Shown one piece after another: positions 47,379-61,800 of a stretch of DNA of 64,000 bases. Made by a program: the position numbers and the translations under genes. The notes under the pieces are model-generated. The model saw nothing but the letters and a program-made list of their open reading frames with translations, was not told the origin of the DNA and searched no databases. This stretch comes from Pelomyxa schiedti (taxonomy: Eukaryota > Protista > Evosea), in the NCBI GenBank assembly GCA_020536535.1, contig JAHLWZ010000802.1, forward strand, positions 1 through 64,000, in the 5' to 3' direction. Each line of letters starts with the position of its first letter. Position 1 is the stretch's first letter.

Positions 47379-50300
47379 ATGATGATGGCGGCGGCCTCGC
47401 CCTCCTCGGCCCTGGAGCAGGCGCAGCGCATCGTCGCCCTCCTGGCAGCCTCCTCCGACACCCTCGCCCTGTCCTCCGCCCCCTCCCCCTCCTCCTCCTC
47501 CTCCGCGTCCTCTTCCGCGTCGGCTGCCGCCTCCCCGTCGTCGTCGTCGTCGCCGTCCGCGTCGCCCTCGTCGCCGACTTCGCCTCACGCGGGGGGGATG
47601 AGGACAGTCACATCGGCAGGGGGGACTGTGGTTTATAAATACCCCTCGTTGGTGTCATTTATGCAAATGGGGCCTGTGCAGGTCATTTCTCTTGTCAACG
47701 ACGTTTTGACTGCTATATCCCCACACTTCAAGTGTGATCCTAGGTAATCTTTGTTTATTGATGTCTCTCTGTGTCCATAAATATTCCCTTCAATCTCTGT
47801 CATAATGAGTTCGGGATAACTTGGGATAGGGGTGAACCTCCACCTGTCACTGCTGCTCGAATTTGTGACGCATTGAAGGTCTTAACATTCCAGTTTGACC
47901 CACCAGACTTGTGTGCACCCTCTGTCTCTTTCTGTCTTATTGAACCCTTTATTTTCGCAGGGAAGTATTCCAGGAAAAATTACAAGTCTGTACTACAGAC
48001 TCAATTGCAATTCATCAACCCTTTCCCCATTTTCCAGATTGGCGACAGTAGAGTCATATATCCAATCTTGTTGTTCCTTCTTTGCGACTTAGAAAAACAC
48101 AAACTGCGGGTATCTTCCCTGTAACCTCTCAGTTGGGTTAATAATGTGAAAAGGCATATGTAGCAAGGTTTCTTCGCCCAGTCAATGTCCCGGACTACAT
48201 GAAATCGGAAGAATGCTTTTTGCAGGTAAAGACATGTGGTCAACTGACCCTCTAAAATGCACAGTACCAAGAAGCGCGAGAAACGTTCAAAGCTGTACAT
48301 AAACAAGTTTCCTCCTTAAGAGACTCTATTGTTGCCTTCAATGTATGAAAACAGGTGCCACTTCAGATTCCGTGCTAAGGTAACTTAAAGAAACAAAAAC
48401 AAGAGCTTGTGGCCTTAAATGATGAAAAGGCGAAATTAAATGAGAAAATTGATGTAAAAAAAAAGAAGGTAGTTCCTTTTCAGTCTCTTCCCTCATTAAC
48501 GCAAAGAAGCTTGAACTTGTACCAAATAGTGCTCAACTTCTGTCAGGCGTACTTCAGCTAATGGCTCAACGCAACGAACGCTATTTTATTGAATCAACCA
48601 CTACCATACATCAAGATAGACTAGCTAGAGCCAAGGCGGCACAAACTGCCCTCAGTGACACCCTCACCTTTGTATTTCGCCTTTTTCATTGACATTAACA
48701 TTTATAAATAGCACGTGACCTAACCTCAGATTCAAAGAGCAGCAGAATCTGGAACAGAAAGGTACATGGCCCAAATGCAGGAAGAAGTTCAGGCACATAG
48801 ATACGAGCATCAAAGAATGCAATATGTGACTGTTAAAGAGAAACTTGCCATTTCAATTTACTCTGGTGCAGGAAATCAATGAAATGAGAGAACGTAAATC
48901 ATTTATTGGACAAATATTAGAGTCCCAGATCACTGAATCAATGTTGGCAGCTATGCAACAAGAAAAAGCAAAGCTCAGACAGACAATCAAAGTACCGCAA
49001 TTTTTTTTCCCAGAAACTCTTAAAACGTTTAGGTGATAACCGATCGCAGAGTCTCTCAACCCGGTGACGAACAGCTTCATCTACTGCAGCAACAATATGC
49101 CACCAGTGAAAAACAGGTAAAATAAATCAAGCACACTATTGCTTATCATACCCAGAAAGTGGACTTGGCGACCAAGCTCAAACAACGTCGGGTATCATTT
49201 CCTTTATAGTTATTTTGAACAAACGTAATGCAAGGTTGAAGCAGAGCAAACTAGAAGAGATCATGAAGAAATGCTAAGGCAACTTGAAGCCAAAGGTGGC
49301 AAATTGCATGTGTGCAGTCTCTCTAAAAAAAATGTACTAATCAAGGGGCCTTGAATTGACAGCTTCTTGATGAAAGTGCATTTCAAAATTTTGTTCTTGA
49401 AGTGAGGAAAACTGGTGAAAAGGCTAAAGCAATCAAAGTTCTACTGGCCGACCTCAACGCAGAGCAAGGTGTACTGATTCGTACCAAGGATGTACGTATT
49501 TACTTCTTTACTTTGTTACTGAATAATTTTTTCAGATTCTTGTCAATCAACACCCCACCTGTCCTAATTTTGTGGCAGAATGTATGTACCAGATTCAATA
49601 ATTGGCACTGACGCCAACTAGTGGAACGAAGTGGTGTCCATGAACCAAAGAGTATACGGGAAGTTATGGGACAAGTTTCTCTTGCCAAGCAGAAGGCTGA
49701 TCAGTCAAGCGCACAAAAACTACTTGAAATCTCCAGATACGTTACCGACATTTCTACCAAACTTCAGGTGTCTCCGTAACAGGCAAAATTATTTTTTTCT
49801 AACATTTCATTAGGAAAAGAAAGTAAAAATTTCGCAACTTGCTAAACAACTGAAAGCAGCTCGTGCTGAGTTGAATGATGTCGAAACTATGCACTCAGAG
49901 AAGAAAGCTGAATACGAAAAGTTGACACTTCAGATACGAGAGTTGCGTAGTTTCAACTTAACCTGCACTCACATCTTCAAAGTGAGAAGTCAAGGCTTGC
50001 CCAGGAACATACCACCCACATGACACAATGGATGGCTGAGCAAAGCAATTGGCACCTCTTGAATTGTCGGACAGTTTTAGCTTCCGTTCAACTTCACAAA
50101 GGTTTATAACCTGTACTGCTTTTCCCTCATCATCTCACCCCATTAATAGCCACCACTGGTGAGCGCGAAATAACGGAATTGTACTCCCGGAGACTCATAC
50201 AAATCACCAAACAAATTGAAGAGACACGAAGCCGGCAGGCAACCATCAAGGTAACCACAATCACAAATCGACCAGCCAGCATCTAACCACAACAACAGAA

Positions 50301-50499
50301 AACAGAGCAGAGCAGAAATGAACAGAGGCAGATGCTGACGGACCTCAAACAGCTCCTTTCACTCAAACTCTCACTCACCAACGCCAATTCTACAACCTCA
50401 CCCACCACACTACGCAACCCCAATCCCTCAGCACAAACAGCAACAACCACAACCACAACAACCACACACCAAAACGGCACAGACAGAATGGTTCTCTGA
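47379..50499 (+). CDS. IFT81: Intraflagellar transport protein 81
   Basis: CH domain (SLVSF...LVNDVL..I...DPR|GEPP..TAARI...LKVL; VIYPILLFLL...KLR|AYVARFL), KYQEARETFKAVHK, long coiled coils, C-terminal DRMVL*. Confidence 0.92.
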
Positions 50500-50551
50500 G
50501 GCACTCTGCTTCTTGTAAAAAAACCCCACACTTTCAAAAAAAAAGAAAAAG

Positions 50552-51897
50552 ATGGACGTTGTGGGGCTGTCCGCGGTACTCCGGCAAGTGCTGACAAGCG
50601 GCCAAGTTGGCGCGCCCACGGCGTCGTTCGGGGAGGACCTGGTGCTCGAGCAGGACCGCCTGGCGTCGTCGCGGCCGACGGCGTGGTCGCCCAAGGAGTT
50701 CCGGGTCCTCTCGGAGCGGGCGCCCGAGGTGTTCTACTGGTCCGTGTGCCAGGGGCTCTCCTTCCTCCGCCTGCCGCCTCCCTGCCTCCCCCTGCCGCTG
50801 GGTCCCTCGGCCGCCCAGCCCCCAGCTGCCCCCGCGTCCTCGTCCTCGTCCTCGTCCTCAGAGACGGCTGCTACCTCGTCTACGTCGACGTCCACATCTA
50901 GTGCTGCATCGGGGGGAGTTGGTGGGGAGTGGTGGGAGAACGTGGGAATACCGAGGCGACCTTTCTATGTGAGGATAGCTGAGAGGGTGTGTCAGTGGGC
51001 CCAGGGAGGCAGAGTCCCTTTGGACTTTGTGAAGATGAATCTACTGGAGGAGCCTGTAGACGACGTCAAGAGACTCGAGGTAGCCAAACCTATTCCCCCA
51101 CCCATAATTCCATGCCACCTCCAGATAATTTGATGTTTTATAAATGCATACGCTGTCATTGAAGCATAAGTAAAATGCTACATAAACCTCGGAAGCTATA
51201 TGAACCTAGATTCTATTGCAATTATTTCTCTTCTTTCCCTTGTTGTGTGGCTATGATATATATTTCGTCAACAGCAATATACAGACAAAGTCACTGCTAT
51301 GTCCGGCAGCTGGGCGACTGCAAGTGATGACCAACGCAGGGCTCTGCTTTTAGACTTTGTATCTGCCATAGGGTCCCGTGGACTTCTCACTCTCCTGGGT
51401 CTGCGTTGCACAAAGTATGCAATACTTTTTCCTATGTTTTTTTTCCATCTCATCATCTTTGTAAAAGGGGTTCCATACTGCGGGTTCCACCGGGACCACT
51501 GGAAATCATTCAGGCATTTAACCTCCCCCATGCACCAAACAGTTCTGCTAGACTCACTGTTGGTGGTCGGGCTCTTTCCAAACACTGTGAGCGCTCCCGC
51601 GATGGGTGGTGGGGTGACGGCCTTTCTGGTGAAGAATCTGTATGCCTTCCTTTTACCTATGACATGTGCATTAATGCATTTCAGGTTAAAAATCGCAGGG
51701 CGGAAACCGCACTCAGGAATATACTTTCGGACCCAGTGTGGCTTAATACTCACATGCTCCCACATGACATTCCAATTTATGAAATTCGCAACCGAGAAGG
51801 CTATGGTGCAAGGTGGTCTGTTGACCCTCCCTTTGAATTCCGTGGCTTTTTGGAACCCCAAATGGCAGATGGCCATGAAAAGGGTTGGATTCATTAA
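50552..51897 (+). CDS. Uncharacterised protein with a C-terminal BECR/CdiA-toxin-like ribonuclease domain
   Basis: Spliced C-terminus LTVGGRALSKHCERSRDGWWG..SGEES|VKNRRAETALRNIL..PVWLNTH...YEIRNREGYGARWS...FRGFLEPQMADGHEKGWIH*. Confidence 0.7.
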
Positions 51898-51933
51898 AAA
51901 AAAAAAAAAACTTTTCTAGACAAACCTTTTTTT

Positions 51934-54104
51934 TTACAAACACATCATAAATACAACTACTGTAGAGGCAAGATAAAGTGGTGACCAAAGGTGCTTGGTG
52001 ACAGATCCAACAGAAACTGAGATAGACACATCCCCACTTGAAATTAGATTTTGACTAGAACTTGCACTGGAGCTGTAGCTCTCAAAAAATTGAACATCCA
52101 CAACATCCAAAGAAGTGGGATCGGTGTACTGAGTTACATCGCCTTGGTACAGTGTACTGTCAGTGTCATTTACCAGGAATTCCATCTGATCGATGAGGTC
52201 ATCACAGGCCACAGTCACGTCGGTTTGGTTCAGTACATCCACTTGATAATCAACAGACACAACAACTATGTTGTCGGCTTCTGAGATTGTTGTGTAGTCT
52301 GTTATGTCAACTTGACTTTCTGGAATTCCAAGAGCAGAGGCCACATCATGCCGGAAGTTGTCAGAGAATCCGGGCGGAATGGTAGTTCCTGTTTTGAGTT
52401 GGAAACCAAAGGCCAACATGTACATATAAGAGCGATATTACCTGGCAGACCAACCTGAAGACGAAACATAACTGTTGCTGAGGGAACGATGTGGGGAATT
52501 GAAGAAGGGATAGATAGTGACTCTGAAACGGAATTGGAGGTACTCTCCGAATCCGATGTACTGTGTGAGTGTGACAAGGAAGTGGAGTGGGAAATGGAAG
52601 TGGAATAGGATGTCGATTTGGAAGTGGAAGTGGAGTGAGAGTTTGATTCTGAATTAGATTCGGACATGGACTTGGAAGTGGAAGCGGAAGTGGACTGTGA
52701 GTTTGATTCTGAATTAGATTCAGACATGGACTGAGAATTAGACTGGGAAGTGGACTGTGACTTGGATTGAGAGTTTGATTGCGATATTGAACCGGAGTGT
52801 GAAGTGGAGTGTGACACTGACTCCGAGACTGAACTTGACTCTGAGGAGGAAACTGAGGTTGAGAGAGAACCTGAGGTTGATTTTGAGCTCGAACCAGACT
52901 CGGAGAGAGACTGGGAGGCGGATTGGGAGCTAGATTCAGAGACTGAGGTCGAAGATGACACTGAATCTGAGGTAGACAACGAGTAGGAGCTCGACTTTGA
53001 TATGGATTCGGAAGTAGAACTTGAGACGGAGTCAGACAATGATGTGGAGTAAGAGTCGGAAGAGACATCGACGGGAATGGCCAAACACTGAAAAGTAGAG
53101 TTTGAGGATATGGCACCAAGTGAAACGAGATCCATAGTGTGCGAATCCACAGTCTTTAGCAACGAATCAACACCAGTTTTGATTATTACATGTCTTAGGC
53201 ATGTGAGACAAGGGAAAAAAAAGGATGACTGTCTATACATTAAACCCGGGGTGCCCAGGGGGTCTATGGCCATTCCACATAATTCTGATGGAGTCCACTT
53301 AGCCGTCCCCAGGGCAATCTGTGTGCAAGCACCATCCAGGGTAATGTTGAAAACAGAATTACTCCATTCCCATGCATATGTGAATTTAGCACTGTCCCAT
53401 GAAGAAGCAAGGAAACGTAGACTGAAACTGTAGGACATTTTTTATGAGTCCCTTATTTAATTTAATAATTTATCAAAATATAAATCATAACATAACAACA
53501 AACAAACAAAACAAAAACAAAAACAAAAACAAAAACAAAAACAAAAACAAAAACAAAAACAAAAACAAAAACAAAAACAAAAACAAAAACAAAAACAAAA
53601 ACAAAAACAAACCTACCTCTCAATTGTACAGCACTTGCTCAAAGTACCATCAGAAGTGCTGACGAGGCACAGAGTGGTCTGCGAAGCCGAGGCGAACGAG
53701 GCATACAGGAACCCCCCGACGACGTGCCACGCCAGCGAGACGTACGCGTCGTTGGTCGTCGCGCGGCCGGTGCCGCCGACCTCCTTGAACGACCCCGCGG
53801 CCATGTCGACCGAGAAGAGCGACCACTTGCCCGACACGTCCAGCAGCGTGTACACGAGGCCCGGGCTCGTGGCCGCCGCGCAGTTGGACGCCGCGTCGGG
53901 CAGCGCGGGGACCGCGGCGATGCGCTGCTCGCTGGGCGGCGAGGACGTGAGGAAGCGCCACTGCGACTGCGGGAGCTCCCCCTGGTCGATGGCCAGCGCG
54001 TCGTGCCCCAGGAGCCCCTGCGACCGCCGCACGTGGCCGACGAGGACAGCGAGGGCCACCACGAGGACCACAGAGGCCAACGGCGCCCGTTGTGTGCTTT
54101 TCAT
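51934..54104 (-). CDS. Secreted/cell-surface Ser-rich protein (signal peptide, beta-rich head, Ser/Thr stalk, SEA-like domain, hydrophobic C-terminus)
   Basis: Signal MKSTQRAPLASVVLVVALAVLVG; S-x dipeptide repeats at 52540-53060; C-terminal hydrophobic tail suggesting GPI or TM anchoring. Confidence 0.8.
53512..53607. repeat. (CAAAAA)16 microsatellite in an intron
   Basis: Perfect hexamer array immediately after the minus-strand GTAGGT donor at ~53617. Confidence 0.97.
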
Positions 54105-54237
54105 CGTCGATGAACGTGTGACAAGGAAGAAGAGAAAGAAACTGTTTGTTACATTTCTGCTAAATGCCGCAGTTCATGAAAGCTGACATCAAAATCCAAA
54201 CTTTTTTCCGTGTGATTACTGCGAAGCGGCTACAAAC

Positions 54238-55733
54238 TTAGTTGGTACAGCGGCTTGTCGAAACGTCACTACTTATCAACCACCAGTGAAGGACTCGTGA
54301 ACTACAGTACCACGCAGTGGAAAGGAAGAAGTGCTCGTCAGACACTCCTTCGTTGGGAACAGCTACGTGAGAGTATTTATCAGAAGCACTTTCAAGGACA
54401 TGGCTACTGAGGAAGTCATCATAAAGCAACGATAAGCCAAACCACTGAGGAGCTCTGCCTTTCCTGGTGACAACAATACCCACTTGAAAATAAAAAAGAG
54501 AACCACATAGAATAGGAACAAAGTTGTTTCTTTTACGGGTTTTGTTTGTGTGGCGTGGATGAATCAGTCAATTATTATCACGCCGTTCTCAATCTGGGAA
54601 AACGTGGCTGTGGTGCCGGGGACAGTTCCTGGAATTGGACACAATGGGTACCGGTAATTGAGAGTGTTAGTCTACAGTGTCTACACTCCGGCTTGCAGTG
54701 GAATGTGAAGGTGCATGCTTGGTTTGCTCTCGGTTTTCAAGTAACGCAAGGGATGTGTATCTTCGGAGTGATCGCATTTGTTGCACCAATACCTTGTCAT
54801 GCAAGTTGCACCAGAGGCCACCCAAAATGCTCATTTCCACAACTCCATAGACCTTTGAGGAATTATAAAGAATTACGAGGTGAGACCAAGAACCTACCCC
54901 CAGTGTAGCCAGAGTCAATCCAGTGAACACGCCCCAGTACTCAGCCTCAGAAGTGAACCCAAGAGTGGAAATGTGGCGGGCAAGAACTTTGGTCTTCTTC
55001 CATTTCTGTTTCAACTTTAAGCAATTGGTAAAGTGCTCCTGCAGAATCTCACTCTCACTGGGAGGGCCTATAGACTACGTTAGTATTGAGGTATCATCTC
55101 AGCTACTCCTACATATTTGCATCCTTTCATGAGCAAACTCATTTATGATACACTTGGACAGAGACTCAATGGTGACATCCTCTAGCGAGTACAACTTGGT
55201 TGAGAGTAATTCCCGCACCATGCCACCACTGTGAGGGAATCTTCGGTACAGACAAGGAGCGAGGGCGTCCACATCCTGACGTTTCAAGCGGGCCATTTCA
55301 CGGTCTAAGCAAGTTTACTGATGAGTTTTCACGCGTATGAATAGAATGAGTTACCAAATTCTGCACGGCGCCCTTCAGGAATGGTTTCAAACTTAAGTGC
55401 CTACGTGAATCAAGAATTGATTGTCAGTTGTGCTCTGAAATGCAGTACTCTTGAATCCAATCAAACAGAGTCATTCAATCAACCCAGAGGTGCTAAAGCC
55501 AGGACCCAAACAACCTTCTCCAGGAAGTTTTTCTTACGGATAGACAGCGCCATTTTGTCCCTCTTGATAGCTTTCCAGCAGGATTTTGCATAGGCCACAA
55601 AGTCCCTCTCCCATCGTTTCACCAGTTTCTTTTGGCTCTCAAAGTCTCCCCCGTACAGCGCCACACCGCCAACACCAACCCCAACACTCTCAGCAGGACT
55701 AGCGGAATCACGACCAACACCGTGCTCACCCAT
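54238..55733 (-). CDS. Hypothetical multi-exon protein (3' end uncertain)
   Basis: Open exons 55479-55733, 55099-55296 and 54667-55014 can be joined by GT-AG introns; no recognisable motif. Confidence 0.55.
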
Positions 55734-55839
55734 TGTATGTACACCCAGATCTTCGCTCTCCAGACTTGGTTTTTTTTTTTTTGGTTTGTAATGCGTGCTG
55801 TTCCCGCAACTACTAAGGCAGTGTTACGTCAATTCCCGG

Positions 55840-58800
55840 ATGACGCGAAACTGGGGGGGAGCCTGCTCGGCTTGTTCGGTGCACAAATGTGATGTGATGC
55901 AGCCGTTGGTTTGTTCCAGTCCAGATTTCGGGGCCGATGAAAACCATGGGTTAAACGTACTTACTGTACGTTCGAACTAGTTACAAGAAGGGAGGTATTG
56001 TTGATTGGGGGGTGATGAGGGAGGGCGGCGGTTACTCCGAAGAGCCGTTGGTGGTGACTGGGCTGCGATGGGTGGGCAAGGCCATAGCCTACTTGTGCGT
56101 GTTGGTGGCCATGCCCACGCTGTTGGCATGTTGCCTCACCAGGCTTCTACTAAGAGCAAAATCAGAGGCTCGTGGTTTGTGACTGTGCACACTTGTTTTG
56201 TTTTGTTTTGTTTTAATCAACACACAAAAAGGCTTGAAGTATGCTCTGCTAGTTGTACCGTGTTGGTTGGTTTTCACCTTGCTGTTTCCCTTTTGGCTAT
56301 TGCAGGCTGTTTTGCTAAGTTGGTTGGCCTGTTTTCTTGAAGGGGGGTGCTCGGGTGGCGGAACTGTGCTTATTGCACCAATCATGACTGCCTTGGGCTT
56401 TGTGGTTGCCACTGGAATTGGTTTTGTGTTTCTGCGCAGAGACAGATTTGCTTCCCGCAAGTTGCAGTGCCTGAGCTTTCAAATTACTGGTGACCACTCG
56501 TATGAACCCAAGCCAACTAATAAATAGTCCGCTATTGTGAAATAAATAGGCCTGTAGTTTCCTACCCGAGCTTCTGCAATCACAAGCTGACATTGTCTCT
56601 TGCCTATGTACAGTGTTCATCTTTTGCACCATCATTAGAGTCCCATGGCTTGTGCTTTCCATTAAAAGCAAGTTGAAAGACGAGTCTTCCACAGTGAACT
56701 TGAGACTGTATTGCCTTCTACATGCACTCCTTGTGTTTTTGGACCTTGCAGTTCTACCCTTTATTCTAGTTCTTATCGTACGACATCAAAACGCTACAAT
56801 GAAACTTCGGGAGTGTACCTAAAATAACCTACACTAGATTTGCCCCTGGCGTTGGTATTTCTTGTACCGGGGTGGGGTACAATTATCAAAAGACGTCAAA
56901 GATTTGTCTGTGAAAGCCCATATTCACCTTTTGATTATTGAGCATGCACTCTTGGCTTTCTTTGATCTTCTCTTGATTCCACTGCTCCTCTTTTTCATAG
57001 TGTGCTGCCTTTTTCTGCTCTATTTCTGGACTTGACACCACTGATAGCTTTGCCCCTGGCGATGGGGAATTATTGCTAAAGACCTGCACCAAATTGGAAA
57101 ACAGGAACTTTCAGAGCACAAAAGTCCCACATTTCCTATGATGCTGGCATTACTTAAGCAGCTGGGTTTCTTTACATGTGATTTCTTGATTATTCCGTTC
57201 GCTGTAATTCTACTGGTAAAAACCTTTGATTCTATTTCAGCTCTCATTTTCACTAGATAGCTTTTTGGAGGTGGCGGTCTGTGGTGAGGAAGGGCTTTGC
57301 GAAAGTTAAGGATAAAGACCTTGGACATACACTTGAACTCCATCGAGTCATAGTAAAATATGCTTGTCTTGCAATTTTCCCAGATATACCCTTGTATTTG
57401 TGTGGACTAATCTTTCTTATTCTGGCACCCTGGTTTGTTCTATTTCTATCAAGCAGTTATAATCTATATAGGAGATTTGCAATGGCACTTATGCAACTGG
57501 TTTCCCTCAGGAAAGAAAGAAAAGTAACCAAAAAAGAAAGGCGATCGATTTGGCTTAAGCAGGCAGGAAATGCTGTTCTGGATTATCTTCTGCTCCTTCC
57601 TGCTGTACTTCACATCATTCTTTTATTCCACTTATTCCCAATAAAAGCTTTTAATTGCGCTTACTGTCTACCGGATTCCTGCAGTTTTCTTGACACTCAG
57701 AAACACGCATGACTCTTGGCACAGGGTTGTTTGGATCCAATTTCTGCTTGTATTGTTGGACTGGATTACTTTTCTCAGCTCCACTTTAGTCTTTATTACT
57801 GTGTACAGAGTGCCCAAGATGCTTAGGAAACTTCATAATGTTCATTGGGGTTACCGTGACAATTTGGAGCCTGAGGGAGAGCTCATTATTCTAAAAACTT
57901 TTTGCAAATTTATTCGCGATGTTCCTTATGTACTAGTGGCCTTGATGATTCTTATACTGATTTGGCGTGCCCCACTCATGTTGTGGGATGTCTTCCATAA
58001 ACATAGAATGAGAGAAAAACGGGAATCCGTCATACACCACTTCAGTCTTTTACCTGTTGACATTCTCGATCTCCCTTTCTTTTTACTTGGCGCTATTATT
58101 ACTATTACAATTTGGAGAGCATACTTCATGTGGAAAGAGCCTATTCTCTTCCGTGCAAAGTCTTCCCGATGTGATCAAAGAAAATTTGTGCTCAAACAGT
58201 TTGGTTTTTGGTTACTGGACTTGATTACTCTTTTTGCTCTACTTTTCTTGGTTATCACAGTATATAAAATGCCTTCACTTATTCGTGCGCTCCGTGCAAA
58301 CAGTAACATTTCTAGTGAGACTGAGCAGCAGCCTCTTTTAGCCGATCAGGATGAAAATCCTGCTGCACCTGGCCGCAAACGCAGTGTACCTCACGTCATT
58401 ATCTGGTAAATGGCTTTTACCTAAGCGTATTTAATGTTCTATACTCAGGCGCCACTTCGCACTACTCCTCCTTGATGCACCATGGCCTATTTTTGGTATA
58501 TCAGAAATGAAACATTTGACGCCTCTAAGAAACATTTTCCACTACACAGTACTTTTGACCCTTTGGCGGTCTCCATTATTCATATACCGCTCAATTAATG
58601 AGTGTGAGAGTCCTGCAGAAAGAAACATGTTGGGCCTTAGAGTTTTCCTTTCTGTGCTTCTCGATATACCAACAGCTCTTCTTCTTCTATTTATTATATG
58701 TATCTTTCCATTTGATTTTAAGAATGGAAACTTAAAACCGTTTTTTTTTCAGGCACAATTTGGCGTGTGCCCACACTATACAAGATTATCAAGTCACACC

Positions 58801-61800
58801 AACGTGGGGATAACGAGCACAAAGTTCATCCTTCCAACACCATCCTTTCTAATCTTGCTATTTTAGGAAATATTCTTTTTGTTTTTGCAGTGGCTTGTTG
58901 ACATCCCTTGTGCGTTAATGGTATCGTTAATATTTTTGACTTTGTGGAGGTAATCGCAAATTTTCTCTTTTCTTTGATAATAGAGCCCCCAGGATACCCT
59001 CTTTTAAAAAGCGATTATCAGCAAAGAAAGAAGATACAAAAATTCACAAAATCATAGCCGCCGTTTTTTGTCTATGGCTTATCGATATACTTCTTTTCCC
59101 ACTGCTTCTCGTAATTGCCATTACCTTGTGGCGACTTCCCTACTATGTCTGTCGTATGAGAGCCCGAAAGCCCGGCAGTAGCGAACACTGGGTGCTATTA
59201 GAAGCTTTCTTACAGTGGTTAATTGATATCCCCGTTATGGGCATGATTCTCCTGATTACTCTTACTCTATGGCGTATACCTACACTTATCAAACGACTGT
59301 GGCGATATTTCTCCTATGGGAACATGACCTTTCGGTCACAGGTTCTTACCGTTTTTTGGCATTGGATTCTAGACATACTTGTTTCTCCGTTTCTATTTTT
59401 TATCGTTATTACTGTATGGCGGATCCCGACTCTTATTCATAAACTTCGGAAAACTAAAAAAGAACACAAAGTTATCATGCTCACATTTGTTGTATTGATG
59501 CTTGATTGGCCTTGCATTCTGTTTCTTCTCACTGTGGTTCTAACACTCTGGCGGGTACCTACCTTAATCAAAGAGGCCCGGCATGCAAGAAGCTTCCATA
59601 AACTCACCATCACTATGCTTAAGCTGTGGGTGTATGATCTTCCAGTGGTCCCTTTCGGGATCTTTGTTGGATTCTTTCCATATCGCAGTATTCCAATGGT
59701 GCACAACCTTTTTACGAATGATTGGAATGAGAGAGAGTGCAGAACCAAAGTACTGCAATATTTTGCTTTCACCCTCTCTGACATTCTCTTGGTTGTTACG
59801 CTTCCGATTGTCTTGATTTTGGCCCCGTGGAGAATTGTTACTTTTGTTCAATATGTAAAACATACTGTACCACTTCTAACTGGATACTGGAAACACTCCC
59901 GGGCTATTGTTTTCGCCTATACACTTGTTTGCTATCTGGCATTCTGCGATTTTATCTCCCTTTTCCTCGTTTGTGTTACCCTTCTCTCAATTTTTCATGT
60001 CTGGCACCTGGTGCGCCGATTTTTACGGTTATGTTTCCCACCCAGCGAGGAAAAAACCTGGGATGAAAGGTATGCAGTTGCACGGGCACTACAGGAACAT
60101 CAACCAGTTAAACATTTTTCCCCAATGCTCAGTTACTTCCGTTCTGTCATCATCAATGAAGCACTGATGTCTTTGAGAGATCTGCCCCATCTCATTCTCC
60201 TCCCTTTCAAATTAGTTGGTGCAATGTGCATTTGTATATTGTACTACCTCTGCTTCCGCACTCGGACCCATATTGATTGTACTTGGAGAGAAAGTCCATT
60301 TACACATGGGAAACACCAGTTGATTGACGTTGAGAGTGCAGGAAAACCTAGTAGCACTGAAGGAAAACTTGATAGCACTGATGGAAAACTTGATAGCACT
60401 GATGGAAAACCTGATAGCACTGATAACACAGATATCACCGTGAATGGGGCCTCATCAGTGGATGGTGTTGCAGTACCCCCAGACAGTTGGGATGGTGAAC
60501 CTTGGATGGAGTATGACCGTAAGCCTCGAGAGGGTGAAGAGGAGGTAACTGAAATCAAGAGAACAAAACCTCGAAGTATTTTCCTCTCGTTTCTCGCAGA
60601 AATACCACTTCAACATTCTGTGTCATTTGGCAACAAATGCATGAACTTCCACAATATACAGAACTTATTCATACTCACTCTATTTGCATTAATACCACTT
60701 GTATTGAATGATATAGCCCTTTTGTTTCTACCCGTGAATCTCCTGTTGATATATATGCTTACTCTTGGATCACCATTCTGGATTACACGAATTTCTACCG
60801 CATGCAATTGGCACAGCCTCGGTCATGCCCACGGACCAGCAAGCATTCTGGAGTTACTCATTCTGGTCTCACAGACATTACTTTTTCCAGTTTTTGTGGC
60901 CATTCAAATATGCTTCTGCTTTCTGCCTTTATTAACGGGCCTGTACTGTTTCTATGGAGTTGTATCTGCCCTTGACTTCTGGTTGGAATTAGCTGATCCT
61001 GTTTTCTGGACTAACTTGGCACACCTTGATTGGTGGTGGTGGTTCACACAGGGGGTGTGGTTTCCTGTATACGCGGCGTCTCTGCATTTCACTGCGCGCC
61101 ATATCCTTACAAGGCAGTGTACTTACTTCCATGTATCACCACTGACTTTTCTCATAGACCAGAGCAGTTTATGCTCTTCCGACCTTTACGAGCCTACCTG
61201 TGGGTTGTGCGCCGTCTGTTATATGAAGTGATTTGGCTGACTTATGAAGACCGAATCCTTGGTGGTCTTGTAAAATTTTGCTTCAAAACCCGGCGTTCCT
61301 GCTGCCGGTTTGGCGAACTACTGCTCATTGTTGTATTCCTGATTTGGTGCGGGTGGCCGCTTGCAATTCCACCAGCCGTTGGAGTGTACTGGGTCTATGC
61401 CATTGTTGGACCAGTCTCCCTGATCTTCATATGGAGAGCATATGTAACTATCAAGAAAAACTGGCGCAACCCAGCAGCCCGACCAGCCGCGGCCCTCAGG
61501 GATGTCAAATTCCAGTTCCAGAAGAGCACCACCGCAACAGCAACAGCAACTACTACAACAACAAGCCCCACTTCCACTACATCGGAAGAAGACAGCAACA
61601 GTACCAGCAGTGGTGACAACAACGGCAGAGCCTACGATGTCCTGGAATGCGTAATAAGCGGGAACAAGGACGAGGACCTTGCCTTTGGCGACGCCCGCGT
61701 GTATGTCACCGGCGACGCCTTCTGGGCCGCCCTCAAGAAGATCATTGGCCAGTCCGCGCCACCGCGCACAGGCGCGCTCTGTCCCCGCTGTACCTGTGCC

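Noticed and set aside
61740-61780. Programmed frameshift in the membrane repeat gene
   Set aside because: No slippery heptamer; it lies in a very GC-rich patch where consensus errors are likely.
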